From Gammaproteobacteria bacterium (GTDB taxonomy: Bacteria > Pseudomonadota > Gammaproteobacteria > Eutrophobiales > Eutrophobiaceae): 64,000 nucleotides of DNA. Under the pieces are notes generated by a model. That model was not told where the DNA came from. It saw nothing but the letters and a program-made list of their open reading frames with translations, and made no database searches. Of the stretch, positions 1 through 10,159 are shown one piece after another. The position numbers were made by a program, and so were the translations under genes. The DNA lies in assembly GCA_965204045.1 (NCBI GenBank), contig CBDBDW010000002.1:3026260-3090259 (forward strand). The letters are read 5' to 3'. Position 1 is the stretch's first letter. The number at the start of each line of letters is the position of its first letter.

Positions 1-1
1 T

Positions 2-1120
2 TAATGCCTGGTCCCGAAAGTATCTCAGATCATTCTTAAACTGGATGTGGCGCAGAAACCAAAGTTCAAGTTTAGAATTGCGGAAGTAATTCGTGCCGTT
101 CAGGTATGGCGGGCTTGTAATGACTGCATCGATTGCAAGATCATTCACAAGGTCAATATTTTTGGCATTAGCCGCTGCGAACTCGGGAGCGGATGCCAGC
201 GAGTAGTCCATCCTGACGATGTCTTCTGCCATTTCAATTAACTTGGCAGGAAGAAATTCACCTAACTCCGATTTTTCTTTTTCCAGTTCCTTTTTTGTTT
301 TAAATCGAACGTCACCGGCCTTTTTCAAACAGGAAACGGGTATTAAGCTGGACAAAACTGCAACGGTTATCGCATCAGCCAATAACCCGTCTCTCAGCCT
401 GATTACATCTATGTAGGAACGGAGGCGGAGGATATCAGTGTAGACTTTTTCATCGAAATAGATGCTGTTGCCGAATAAAGCGTGGTAACTTTCTTTCAGG
501 TACTTGTCTTCTTCAAAAGATTTCAGGCCGTAAAAAATTTGACCAGCAACCTGCCTCAGTTGAGCGGACAGCTTCTGACGAACGACCTCGTCAGCGCGCA
601 GTATTGACAATCTGGTCTGAATTAGAAATTGCAGGAGGGGGTTAATTTCCGAATAAATCGTCTTTATCCCGAACGGGTATGCCGCAAAGATGGTTGTTCC
701 GGTACCGACAAACGGATCATAAATTGTTTTGCAGCTTTCGAGTGAGTAGTTTCTGATTAGTGCTTTAATATAATCAGGTGAATAACCTTCAATGTATGGA
801 TACCATCTCTGAAAAGGAACAGTTTTACTTCCGGCAAAAGTTATATCCCGCGCGCTTATTTTTTCGATGCCGTTGATATGTTTCTTGAGAAGTCTTTTGG
901 CAACCTGGTTGACAGAGCGTTCTTCTTTTCGAGCAAACAGTTCCAATTGCTTGTAGCTGCTTATACCGATGATCTCCCTGAGTTCCTCACTACTGAACCC
1001 TTTTACCTTGCTGTAGTAAGGCGCTTCGGGCTCACTGAAGGCAAGCGTAACTGCTTTTCCGCCTGGACTTTCAGTGGGATAATCGCTGAAATAAATCGAT
1101 TTGAAATATTGCTTTGTCAT
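2..1120 (-). CDS. DNA amino-methyltransferase (N4-C/N6-A type), 3' end runs off the window
   Basis: Manual translation from ATG at 1120 is open to the window edge (absent from ORF track): FQRWYPYIEGYS, motif I YDPFVGTGTT, motif IV ITSPPYLN. Confidence 0.85.
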   Translation of the reverse strand, partial: MTKQYFKSIYFSDYPTESPGGKAVTLAFSEPEAPYYSKVKGFSSEELREIIGISSYKQLELFARKEERSVNQVAKRLLKKHINGIEKISARDITFAGSKTVPFQRWYPYIEGYSPDYIKALIRNYSLESCKTIYDPFVGTGTTIFAAYPFGIKTIYSEINPLLQFLIQTRLSILRADEVVRQKLSAQLRQVAGQIFYGLKSFEEDKYLKESYHALFGNSIYFDEKVYTDILRLRSYIDVIRLRDGLLADAITVAVLSSLIPVSCLKKAGDVRFKTKKELEKEKSELGEFLPAKLIEMAEDIVRMDYSLASAPEFAAANAKNIDLVNDLAIDAVITSPPYLNGTNYFRNSKLELWFLRHIQFKNDLRYFRDQAL

Positions 1121-1263
1121 GATATGATAAAGATACCATAATATGATAGTTATTTCTAATACTGTGCTGCCATGTCATTTCGGCTTCATAATCGCTCACA
1201 TAAAAAATTTGTAATGCTCTCAGCAAGTGCCGCTGAGGCCTTGCTTAATAAATTTCCCGTTTC

Positions 1264-2814
1264 TCAGATAATCTGCGTTTGTTGCCCCTGCCAGTAGGGC
1301 GCGCGCAACCTGACCTTGTCGACCTTGCCGGTTGCCAGGCGCGGCAGTTCCTCCACGAAGTTGATTTTTTTTGGTTTTTTGTAGCTGGCGATCAATTTCC
1401 GGCAGTGCTCGATCAGGTCGGACTCCGTAGCCTCGCCGGAAGGCACCACGAACGCGCAGACGGCTTCACCCCAGCGCTCGTCGGGAATGCCTATCACCGC
1501 GCATTGTTTAACTACCGGGTGTTGTTCCAGCGCGATCTCCACTTCCCTGGGGTATATATTTTCGCCGCCGGAGATGATCATGTCCCTTTTTCGGTCGACG
1601 ATAAATAAAAATCCCTGCTCATCCAGGTAACCGATATCTCCCATGTTCAACCAGCCGTCGTTTATCGACTCTGCGGTCGCTGCCGGGTCGTTCCAGTATT
1701 CCTGCATGATGTCCGGGTGACGCACGACGATCTCTCCCGGTTCACCGGTACCTGCAACAGTCCCGTCGGACTTGACGATTTTTATCTCAACCCCGTCACA
1801 GGCCTGGCCGGCCGATAATAACCGGCGCTGCTGGGCGGCTGTTCCGTCCGGCTGATGTTGTGATTTTGTGAGGTTCGAAATGGAACTGCCTTCGGTGGAT
1901 CCGTATTGCTGGATAAAAACCGGACCAAATACGTCCAGCGCCTTTCTTAACAATATCTCCCGTATCGGCGCGGTGGAGTAGAAGATGGTCTTTATCCGGG
2001 CCGGATCACGGGTTTCCGCATATTCATCGGCAAGCAGCATTTCTATCATGGTAGGGACCAGTTGCAGGGTGGTAATCCGCTCTGTTTGCAGGGTATCCCA
2101 GACAACAAGCGGATTAAACTCCCGTTGAATGTAAATTGTCGCGCCCTGCAGGTGATGGGCAAGTTGCAGGAATTTTGCGCCGACATGAAACAGGGGCTGG
2201 ACCAGCAGGAACCGGTCAGCGCGGGTGATCTCCGCCGCATCGCTTATTACCTGTGCAGTCCCATACTGGGCGGATTGACTCAGCACGGCGCCCTTGGGAT
2301 TGCCCGTTGTCCCGCTGGTATGGACGATATATACAGGGTCCCCGGGTGACGGCAGCGTACCCGGCGCATCGATTTCCCCGTCCTTGATGAAGCCCTCACA
2401 GGAGGCGGCCCATTCCGGCAAACTTCCCTGGTCGATCTGCACATACAAGGCGCCGGCAGTCCGTATCTCTTCAACAACGGGCAGAAATTCCGCGCCATAG
2501 AACAATATGGACGGCGTGGTGTTATCGACTATATATTTGATCTCTGACGCAGTAAGGCGGTAGTTTACCGGGGCAGCAATAAATCCCGCCAGTTCGCAGG
2601 CGCCGTATATTTCCAGGTATTCCGCACAATTCCGAGACAGGATGCCAATGCGGTCCCCGCGCCGGCAGCCGGCTTGCTTCAGTGCGCCGACCAGTTGCCG
2701 GACCCGGTTTGCGTGTTGCAGGAATGTATATTTCCTGCCCTGGTCGATAATTGCCGGGTGATCCGGGATCAGTTCGGCGTTACCGGGAATAATATTTGCT
2801 ACGATTCTATTCAT
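1264..2814 (-). CDS. AMP-dependent acyl-CoA synthetase/ligase
   Basis: HTSGTTGNPKG, QYGSTE, GDIG..D, DRKRDMIISGGENIYPREVE, LPRLATGKVDK motifs. Confidence 0.93.
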   Translation of the reverse strand: MNRIVANIIPGNAELIPDHPAIIDQGRKYTFLQHANRVRQLVGALKQAGCRRGDRIGILSRNCAEYLEIYGACELAGFIAAPVNYRLTASEIKYIVDNTTPSILFYGAEFLPVVEEIRTAGALYVQIDQGSLPEWAASCEGFIKDGEIDAPGTLPSPGDPVYIVHTSGTTGNPKGAVLSQSAQYGTAQVISDAAEITRADRFLLVQPLFHVGAKFLQLAHHLQGATIYIQREFNPLVVWDTLQTERITTLQLVPTMIEMLLADEYAETRDPARIKTIFYSTAPIREILLRKALDVFGPVFIQQYGSTEGSSISNLTKSQHQPDGTAAQQRRLLSAGQACDGVEIKIVKSDGTVAGTGEPGEIVVRHPDIMQEYWNDPAATAESINDGWLNMGDIGYLDEQGFLFIVDRKRDMIISGGENIYPREVEIALEQHPVVKQCAVIGIPDERWGEAVCAFVVPSGEATESDLIEHCRKLIASYKKPKKINFVEELPRLATGKVDKVRLRAPYWQGQQTQII

Positions 2815-2833
2815 TATCCGGCTTCAAAGGGGA

Positions 2834-2884
2834 GGGGACAGACCCCCGCTTACAACATGCGGGGGCATATTTAAATCTGTCCCC
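2834..2884. repeat. GGGGAC..GTCCCC family palindrome (variant with inner hairpin)
   Basis: GGGGACAGA...TCTGTCCCC arms enclosing CCCCCGC/GCGGGGG hairpin; intergenic. Confidence 0.6.
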
Positions 2885-4128
2885 TATATCTGTCCCCCCA
2901 AAATCAGTACCAGGTAGAAAACCGCGAACAATGCCAGCGCCCAGATACAGGCTACGCTGTAGCGGGTCAGTCCCGGTGCGGGTCTCATCGTTACCGGCAC
3001 GTCCGCCGAGTGCATGGACCGGTGGATCAACCAGGCCAGCACCGGCGCGGTAAGAAAAGCCAGGGTAGTGGCGATGTCAATCAGTGTTTTAAAGGACTGG
3101 ATATAAAACAACAGGATGCACAGGGATATCAGGATCATCGCCAGGATCGAGGCCAGGTAGATTCTGAAGTGCAGTTTTTCCGGCAATTGTTCTTTCCTGA
3201 AGCAACTCACCAATGCGCAGACCGTGCGCGGGTAACCGTCGTGAATTACCAGCACCGTGGACAGCATGACCGCAAACGCGGCAACGGCAATGATCGGCCT
3301 GGTCCACTGTCCCAGGAGCGAGGTATATATGCTCACCAGTTGGGCTGAAAACTCGGCGGCGGAGGATGAGAACTGCTGGCCGGACCCGTGCATCACGGCC
3401 GTCCCGAGCATCAGGAAGCAGATCGCGGTCAACAGGGTCGAGAAATACCCGACGTGGTAATCCAGTTTTACCTCTCGTCCGGACAGTTTGTCCTGTTTGT
3501 CCTTTTCCAGCACCCACAATGATTGCCAGATACAGGTTTCAAAAGGCGCCGGCATAAAACCAATCAATGCCGCCAGGAACAGAACCGATGACCTGTTCAA
3601 GACATCGGGAGTGAGGATATCGGCCTGTCCCCATTCAATCAGGGGCGCGGCCAACGCCGTTGCCGCCAGGGTCGAGATAAACAGGACGAGGAGCAGAACC
3701 TTTGTAACGCTGTCCAGCCATCGATACTGTCCGGCTGCCAGGCAGGCGCCGGAAAAAACACAGATACCGGCAGCGACCACCGGGATAGGCAGGTCCAGGT
3801 CAAAACTGATAACCGCCAGTCCGGATGTCACCAGGACAACTGCCGCAAACCCGGTGAACATGACACAGAATATCACCACTGCGCACAGCAGCACCGCCCA
3901 TGTCCCCTGCCTGAGGAAACCGGTCAGCAGGTGCTGTCCTGTGGCATGGGCGTATTCATGACCGAAGCGGAAAGTCGGATACTTCATCACAAAAGCCAGC
4001 AGGATAAACAGCAGCAGGTCCATCCCGTATAAGGCGCCGGCGCGGGTCGACTGTACCAGGTGTGACACCCCGATAGCCGCCGCAGCCATCAAAAGACCGG
4101 GGCCGAGAATGGTAAACAGCCTGCTCAT
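2884..4128 (-). CDS. NRAMP-like/APC superfamily membrane transporter
   Basis: LGPGLLMAAAAIGVSHLVQSTRAGA N-terminus and about 11 hydrophobic segments. Confidence 0.8.
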   Translation of the reverse strand: MSRLFTILGPGLLMAAAAIGVSHLVQSTRAGALYGMDLLLFILLAFVMKYPTFRFGHEYAHATGQHLLTGFLRQGTWAVLLCAVVIFCVMFTGFAAVVLVTSGLAVISFDLDLPIPVVAAGICVFSGACLAAGQYRWLDSVTKVLLLVLFISTLAATALAAPLIEWGQADILTPDVLNRSSVLFLAALIGFMPAPFETCIWQSLWVLEKDKQDKLSGREVKLDYHVGYFSTLLTAICFLMLGTAVMHGSGQQFSSSAAEFSAQLVSIYTSLLGQWTRPIIAVAAFAVMLSTVLVIHDGYPRTVCALVSCFRKEQLPEKLHFRIYLASILAMILISLCILLFYIQSFKTLIDIATTLAFLTAPVLAWLIHRSMHSADVPVTMRPAPGLTRYSVACIWALALFAVFYLVLILGGQI

Positions 4129-5165
4129 CAGCGGAGTTGCGGAATTACTTCAGAGGCGAAAACCTGCGTCGCTTCGCGCTGCTTGTCCCGGTTCATTCCC
4201 GGCCAGTATAAGCGAGCTATGAAATGAAACTCAATTCCGGCAGCCTCCTGGTATTGCCTGAGTTTTGCCACCACATCATCCGGCGTGCCTGCCAACGCGC
4301 TGGCGCGCAGTGAAGCAGCCTGTTGTGGAGAAAACGGTGACGCTTTCTGCGGCGGGCCAGTGCGTCCGCGTGCATGCGCCATGTCTGCATACTTCCTGTA
4401 GGTGTAGTGCATATGCTCAGCCAACTGTTCCCATGCGTTCCGCTGCTTCGTCACGAAAGTCGGCAAAAACATACTCGCTGTAAAACTGCCGGGAGCGCGG
4501 GCGGCCTCTTCTAAACCATCCCGTATCCAGGACATTTGCCCGCGAAAATATCCAGGAGTAAATGCTTCGTCAAAACTTCCGCTGGAAATGAACCCGTCTG
4601 CGATCCTCCCCGCGCGACGCACCGCCGGTTTCGCCGTGGCGCCGATCCAGATCGGCATGCCTCCGGACCGTGCCGGTTTGGGCCGGACCGAGACACCCGG
4701 ATAACTGAGCACGTTGCCCCCGGTAACGAGACCACCTGACCATGCCTGCCGCAGGACAGTTACCGTATCCTCCAGCACGCGGTGCCGGTTTCTCAAAGAC
4801 ACATGCAATGCTTCAAATTCTTCCGGACGCCAGCCTTGGCCAAGCCCGAGAATGAAACGGCCATTGGAAATAAGGTCAACGGTTGCACTGTCTTCCGCCA
4901 GCCGCAAGGGTTCGTACAAGGGCGCCAGCGCAACGGCCGTTCCGATTTCTATCCGGTGTGTACGTGCGGCGATCGCTGCACACATGGGCAATACCGATGG
5001 CAGATAGCCATCGTCTACGAAGTGGTGCTCCGATACCCAGACGGAATCGTAACCCAGGGCCTCGGCTTCGATGGCAAGTTCTATTGCTTCCTGGTAACGA
5101 TCAGCCTCACTGCGCCTGTCACCTGCATAGGTCTGGCACGAGATCAGGCCGTAACCAAACTTCAC
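4128..5165 (-). CDS. LLM-class (luciferase-like) flavin-dependent oxidoreductase
   Basis: AEALGYDSVWVSEHHF, PLRLAEDSATVDLISNGRFILGLG. Confidence 0.9.
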   Translation of the reverse strand: MKFGYGLISCQTYAGDRRSEADRYQEAIELAIEAEALGYDSVWVSEHHFVDDGYLPSVLPMCAAIAARTHRIEIGTAVALAPLYEPLRLAEDSATVDLISNGRFILGLGQGWRPEEFEALHVSLRNRHRVLEDTVTVLRQAWSGGLVTGGNVLSYPGVSVRPKPARSGGMPIWIGATAKPAVRRAGRIADGFISSGSFDEAFTPGYFRGQMSWIRDGLEEAARAPGSFTASMFLPTFVTKQRNAWEQLAEHMHYTYRKYADMAHARGRTGPPQKASPFSPQQAASLRASALAGTPDDVVAKLRQYQEAAGIEFHFIARLYWPGMNRDKQREATQVFASEVIPQLR

Positions 5166-5417
5166 AGGTTTGCTCCAACGGCTGCGCTCTGTTTATTCGA
5201 TATAGCTATGAAACAGGTTGTCCGGATCATGCTTCAATGCCAGGTGTTTCGAAAAGGATAAAGCGATTATCAAAATCACTGACGGATTACTTTTATTTAT
5301 CTTGCCGGTTTCGGTTGGAGAACTATCTCCGTTAGAATATATCAGCAAACAGAGAAATAACAGCGCCAATCAATAACCCGGTTATGAGTCAGGTATTGCC
5401 AACGGGGAGGCTGAATT

Positions 5418-6488
5418 ATGACTGTAACAACTAAACGTCCCGGCCCCAGGTTCGGCATCTGGGCGGTTGTCTACGGTACTTCGGCATCACTCCATCATCC
5501 GGAAGACCCGCCCGACGCATCATGGGCACGCAACCGGGACCTGGTGCTGGAGGCGGAAGCCCTGGGTATTGACTCCGTACTGGTAGCCCAGCACATTGTC
5601 AACCCCTTCGGAGATGAATTCGACCAACTGGAAACCCTGACTTCCTGCGGCGCGCTCGCAGCGATAACGGAAAATATCGAGATTATCGCGGCGATCAAGC
5701 CGTACCTGTTCCATCCGGCCGTGTTCGCGAAGATGGCATTGCAACTGGAAGAGATCAGCGAGGGGCGTTTTTCACTCAATTTTGTCAATGCGTGGTTTCG
5801 CCCCGAGTTCGAGAAAGCGGGAATCCCTTTCCCTCCACACGATGAACGCTACGTCTATGGCGGTGAATGGCTGCGGGTCGTCAAAAAGCTCATATCAGGC
5901 GAGCGTGTGACCGTGGATGGCGACAACTTCAGGCTGGACGGCTACCAGTTTAAACCCGCGGCGCAGTATCGGCCACGTCCGCTACTATACTCGGGCGGGG
6001 AGTCCGAGCCTGCGCTTAACCTCACCGTCGAATTATGCGACACCTGGTTCATGTTCGGGCAACCGCTGGAAGATGTCGCCGGGAAGATCGCCGGAATGCG
6101 CAAACGTCCGCGCCGCGGCGCACCACTCAGTTACGGTATTTCGGCATTTCCTTTTGCAAGACCGACACAGTCCGAGGCAGAGGATGCGCTTGCTTATGCC
6201 TTTGAACTCCGTGAAAAGGACAGGGAAGTCTATGAGTCTCTGCACAAGAACGCCGACCCGGAAGTTGTAACCTCCAAAGTGATTGCCAAGGTGCCGGGGA
6301 TCGGTGTCGGTAACGGCACAGGATGTGGTTTCACGGGCTCATACGATGAAGTTGCAAGACGCATCGTCGCCTTTCATAATGCCGGCATTGAGATAATCCT
6401 GCTCGAGTTCCAGCCGTTCGAGCGGGAAATGCGGCGCTTCGCAGAGGAGGTCATGCCGCGTGTGGCAAGACTCTGCTCCCTGAAATGA
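5418..6488 (+). CDS. LLM-class flavin-dependent monooxygenase (SsuD/SfnG-like)
   Basis: AEALGIDSVLVAQH, IIAAIKPYLFHPAVFAKMA, YSGGESE motifs. Confidence 0.85.
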   Translation: MTVTTKRPGPRFGIWAVVYGTSASLHHPEDPPDASWARNRDLVLEAEALGIDSVLVAQHIVNPFGDEFDQLETLTSCGALAAITENIEIIAAIKPYLFHPAVFAKMALQLEEISEGRFSLNFVNAWFRPEFEKAGIPFPPHDERYVYGGEWLRVVKKLISGERVTVDGDNFRLDGYQFKPAAQYRPRPLLYSGGESEPALNLTVELCDTWFMFGQPLEDVAGKIAGMRKRPRRGAPLSYGISAFPFARPTQSEAEDALAYAFELREKDREVYESLHKNADPEVVTSKVIAKVPGIGVGNGTGCGFTGSYDEVARRIVAFHNAGIEIILLEFQPFEREMRRFAEEVMPRVARLCSLK

Positions 6489-6528
6489 CCTGACAATAAC
6501 GTGAACTCCGACTGATACGACCAATTAT

Positions 6529-7383
6529 ATGCACGTCACCCAGGTAAAGCTTGATTCAGGCGTTTCCGTCTCCTACAGGGAAGCAGGTTCCGGGAGTCCC
6601 GTCAATGTTGTGCAGATTCACGGGCTGGGGACCGGACGCAATAATTTTGACCTGTTAACTCCCCACCTGTCAAAGCGCCTGCACACTTACGATATCGACC
6701 TGCCTGGATATGGCGAGTCCGAAAGCGGACCCGGTGAGCGGGGGATTACTTATTTTGCCGACAGTGTTGCACAATTCATAGAAACCCTTGAGCTTGCGCC
6801 GGTCCATGTACACGGGACATCGATGGGCGGGTGCGTTGCAATGGTGCTTGCCGGGAGGCGGCCCGAACTTATCGACAGGCTGGTAATCACCTGTTCCTTC
6901 GCAAAATTTGACCGGGCAAGCCATGTCATCTTCAAAACCTGGAGAATGGCCGCTGCAGCCGGTGTTGAAGCGCTGGCCCTGGTCACCAGCCACCAGGGAT
7001 TCTCCCGGGGTTTCTGGGACAGGCCCGAAAGCGAAAACACGGTGGATGCGTTTGTCTATGCCCTGCAGGGCATGACGCCCATGGAATTTCTCCGCGACCT
7101 TACATTGATAGAAAATGCGGACATCAGCACCGATGCCGCGAACATACGGGCGCCGACCCTCCTGCTCGGCACCGATGAGGATATCATGACGCCGGTGCAA
7201 TCATCGCCGAGCGGCCTCGGCATGACCGACCTGCATAAATTGATTCCGAATTCGAAGCTGGAAATACTGGAGAACTGCGGTCACTTCATCTCCATCGAAC
7301 GGCCCGAGGAGACGGCCCGGGCAATTGCCGATTTCCTGCTCATTGCGGAAGAAAATTTGGGGTCGAATGGGGACGGATTTTAA
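6529..7383 (+). CDS. alpha/beta hydrolase
   Basis: IHGLG, DLPGYGES, nucleophile elbow GTSMGG, C-terminal CGH. Confidence 0.9.
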   Translation: MHVTQVKLDSGVSVSYREAGSGSPVNVVQIHGLGTGRNNFDLLTPHLSKRLHTYDIDLPGYGESESGPGERGITYFADSVAQFIETLELAPVHVHGTSMGGCVAMVLAGRRPELIDRLVITCSFAKFDRASHVIFKTWRMAAAAGVEALALVTSHQGFSRGFWDRPESENTVDAFVYALQGMTPMEFLRDLTLIENADISTDAANIRAPTLLLGTDEDIMTPVQSSPSGLGMTDLHKLIPNSKLEILENCGHFISIERPEETARAIADFLLIAEENLGSNGDGF

Positions 7384-7393
7384 ATCCGTCCCC
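7369..7393. repeat. GGGGACGGA-(W)n-TCCGTCCCC palindrome
   Basis: GGGGACGGATTTTAAATCCGTCCCC; related copies at 14003-14027, 21645-21668 and a half copy near 11260-11278. Confidence 0.8.
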
Positions 7394-7414
7394 GGCCTGC
7401 CATGAATTGTATTT

Positions 7415-8740
7415 TTACTCAGACCCCGAATTTTTTGCCCGGCTTTTGATTGCCTTCCTGTAAACCGTGAGCGCCCGCGCTCTCGCCGTTTTGTGAACGA
7501 TCATGGGCGCCGGGTAGTCCGGGGTATCATATTCAGGCACCCAGCGCCGGATGTATTTCCTGTCCCTGTCAAACCTGTCGGCCTGGGCATAAGGATTGAA
7601 AATCCTGAAGTAGGGCGCGGCATCCACTCCCGTGCCGGCGGCCCACTGCCAGCCGCCGTTGTTGCTTGCCAGTTCGTAGTCCAGCAATTTTTCCGCGAAG
7701 TAACTTTCTCCCCATCTCCAATCGGTCAGCAAGTGCTTGGTAAGGAAACTTGCCGTAATCATACGTAACCGGTTGTGCATATAACCGGTATTGTTCAACT
7801 CGCGCATCCCCGCATCGACAAGAGGATAACCGGTCATGCCTGCGCACCACTTCTCGAATTCCCAGCGGTTGTTTCTCCATTCAATTCCATCATACCTTGC
7901 GTCAAAATTCTGATTTACCACCTTCGGAAAATGCTGGAGAATCACCTGGTAGAAGTCGCGCCAGATGAGCTCGTTGAGGTATTTTTCATTGTAGCGGACG
8001 GCCATCGCGGCAAGCCGGCGGATGCTCACGGTGCCGAAACGCAGGTGCACTCCCATGCGCGTGGTGCCTTGACTGGAGGGGATATCCCGCGTTTCGTGGT
8101 AATTTCGTATGATGCTTTCATCCGGTTCCCGAGGAGGAAATTCAATACCGGCCGGTTCAAAGCCAAGCTGTTGCAGGCCGGGAAACGGTTTAATGCCGGT
8201 CTTCAACCAGTTTGTCTGTGTTTCAGAGGGATATGGTTCCAGATGCTTCCCGGCGAGTTTTTTCTTCCAGGCCTTGCTGTAGGGCGTATAAACGAGATAG
8301 GGGGCGCCGTCTTTTTTCAGGATGTCATTCTCCTCGAATATCGTGTGATCCTTGACTGTCCTGAACGGAATGCCTTTACCGTCCAGGTATTCGCTGACCT
8401 CACGGTCCCGTGTCCCGGCATACGGCTCATAATCGCGGTTAGCCCATGCCGCGTGTACCGCGTAATCCGCGCACAGCGTCTTCCAGACCTCAAGGGGCTT
8501 ACCTGTCCTGACGTCCAGGGACGTTCCCCGCTACCGGAGTTCATCCTGGAGCCGGGTCAGTTCGCTGTGAATAAACTCGACGCGAGCATGTTTTTTGTTT
8601 TCGAGTCCGTCGAGGATATCGCTGTCAAAGATGAATACCGGCTGTACCGGACAATCCTCCCGGTGCGCATAATAAAGACCGCAGTTGTCTTCAAGTCTGC
8701 AATCCCGCCTGAATCAGAAAATCGTTACTTTCTCAGCCAT
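7415..8740 (-). pseudogene. phrB: CPD DNA photolyase, two in-frame nonsense codons
   Basis: Single frame from ATG 8740: MAEKVTIF*FRRDCRLEDN (TGA 8714-8716 at conserved Trp), QDELR*RG (TAG 8531-8533); intact FAD domain WRDFY, TGYPLVDAGMREL, MHNRLRM, NNGGWQW. Confidence 0.9.
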
Positions 8741-9074
8741 GATCGAGCTGGAAGATAACGATCTCAATGATTCACACATATAAATGAAATGTCTGTCCCG
8801 ATTACAATCATTAAAGGGGGGCAAGAAGTGTTTACCTCATGCGTTCTATTTGACCAAGTTTTCCACAATATGGACACTTATTCGCTGCTGTCGTTTTTGG
8901 ATAATGACCTTTCCCATAACGAGTACAATTGGCGCACCAAGATTGACTACAAGATTTACAGCGTTTCATGTTCCCGCCAGAAATTCTACAAACCTGGCAT
9001 TGAGCCATATCGTTATCCTCTTTTAACGCGGTGTATTGTCCCGTAAATTAATGATATTGAAGGCGAACGTCCGG

Positions 9075-10079
9075 TCAATGAACGATATGGTCACTGTCGT
9101 CAAGGCCGATCTGGCGCTTCGCATATTTGGTCAAAATGTCCTTCAAATCATCTTCAAATACAAATTTGACGTTATTCTTATTGCCAATATTTATAAGGTC
9201 AGAGTGATCTTCTTTTTTGGCTTGGGTAATGATGACCACCTTTTCAATCAATTTCTCCTCATCCCTGGTCCAGTAGCTTGCCTTATTTATCTGTTCTATG
9301 ACTTTCTCAGCAGTTCTACCTTCGTGATCTTTAACTTGAACGGCGATGATGTAACTTTTATCGGACAAGCCTGGAATCGTGACTTTGATATCTGTGCCAT
9401 GCTTGCTTTCTTTTTGACTACCAACTGTCTCGACATCAGCACGCGGATATAAGCTTCTCAGTACTTCCGCAAGCACATCTTCCCATTGTTTTGCATTGAG
9501 TTCGGTATTGAGCTTATCGTAGAGCTGCTTACTGAAATCTTCACGTACTTTATCAAAGGCGAAATCGATGGCGCCCATCAACCTGTTTTCATCTGATATA
9601 TCTTGGCCAAGCTGGTCATCAGGTGTGTTTCTGATTTTCTCAATATCAACACTGTAATGATCGATATTCCAAAAGCGGTGTTGATTTTTCAGTGTTGATC
9701 GAATATTGCCAGTAACAGGTTTGCTTGATCTTCGAAATTTCCTGAGGAATTTTGCCGGGAAAATGTGTCCGTAGTCCCCGTGCTCTTCCGAGATTTCAAA
9801 GCAGTAGCCAACATTCCAATCTTCCGTTGCTTCGACGATGGACACCCAGTCCCAATCTGGTAGTCTAGGGACCAATAAGATATGACCTTGCTTGACCTCA
9901 TTAAACATCCTCATGTGTCTGGCCACCTCTGGATGGGTATCTAGTTTTCGGAGATCATGTTCTGAATCGTACCCCCATCCTTGGCGTAACCGGCCATCTT
10001 CCAGCTCCCTTTGGAAGAAAGGAATCTTTTCTATATTGATTCGGTAACCCCAGTAACGGGTTCCAGTTGAGTTTGTCAT
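9075..10079 (-). CDS. Mrr-like PD-(D/E)XK restriction endonuclease domain protein
   Basis: QWEDVLAEVL...HGTDI...IAVQVKD (E..D..QxK) C-terminal motif; lower GC. Confidence 0.7.
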   Translation of the reverse strand: MTNSTGTRYWGYRINIEKIPFFQRELEDGRLRQGWGYDSEHDLRKLDTHPEVARHMRMFNEVKQGHILLVPRLPDWDWVSIVEATEDWNVGYCFEISEEHGDYGHIFPAKFLRKFRRSSKPVTGNIRSTLKNQHRFWNIDHYSVDIEKIRNTPDDQLGQDISDENRLMGAIDFAFDKVREDFSKQLYDKLNTELNAKQWEDVLAEVLRSLYPRADVETVGSQKESKHGTDIKVTIPGLSDKSYIIAVQVKDHEGRTAEKVIEQINKASYWTRDEEKLIEKVVIITQAKKEDHSDLINIGNKNNVKFVFEDDLKDILTKYAKRQIGLDDSDHIVH

Positions 10080-10159
10080 AGGTTTTTGTTGTTGAATAGT
10101 TAAGATTGTTCGTTCTTAAGTGTCGTGCGTAGTGCTGATTTGTATGCCCAATCTCCAAA

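Noticed and set aside
7415-8740. Stop-codon reassignment or selenocysteine explaining the photolyase stops
   Set aside because: Both TGA and TAG are involved and both terminate conserved genes nearby (smc TGA, era TAG)
7775-8758. 327-aa + strand ORF
   Set aside because: Antisense to the photolyase frame; no motifs
8784-9046. Short AT-rich ORFs (80-85 aa)
   Set aside because: No recognisable motif; cannot be supported as genes
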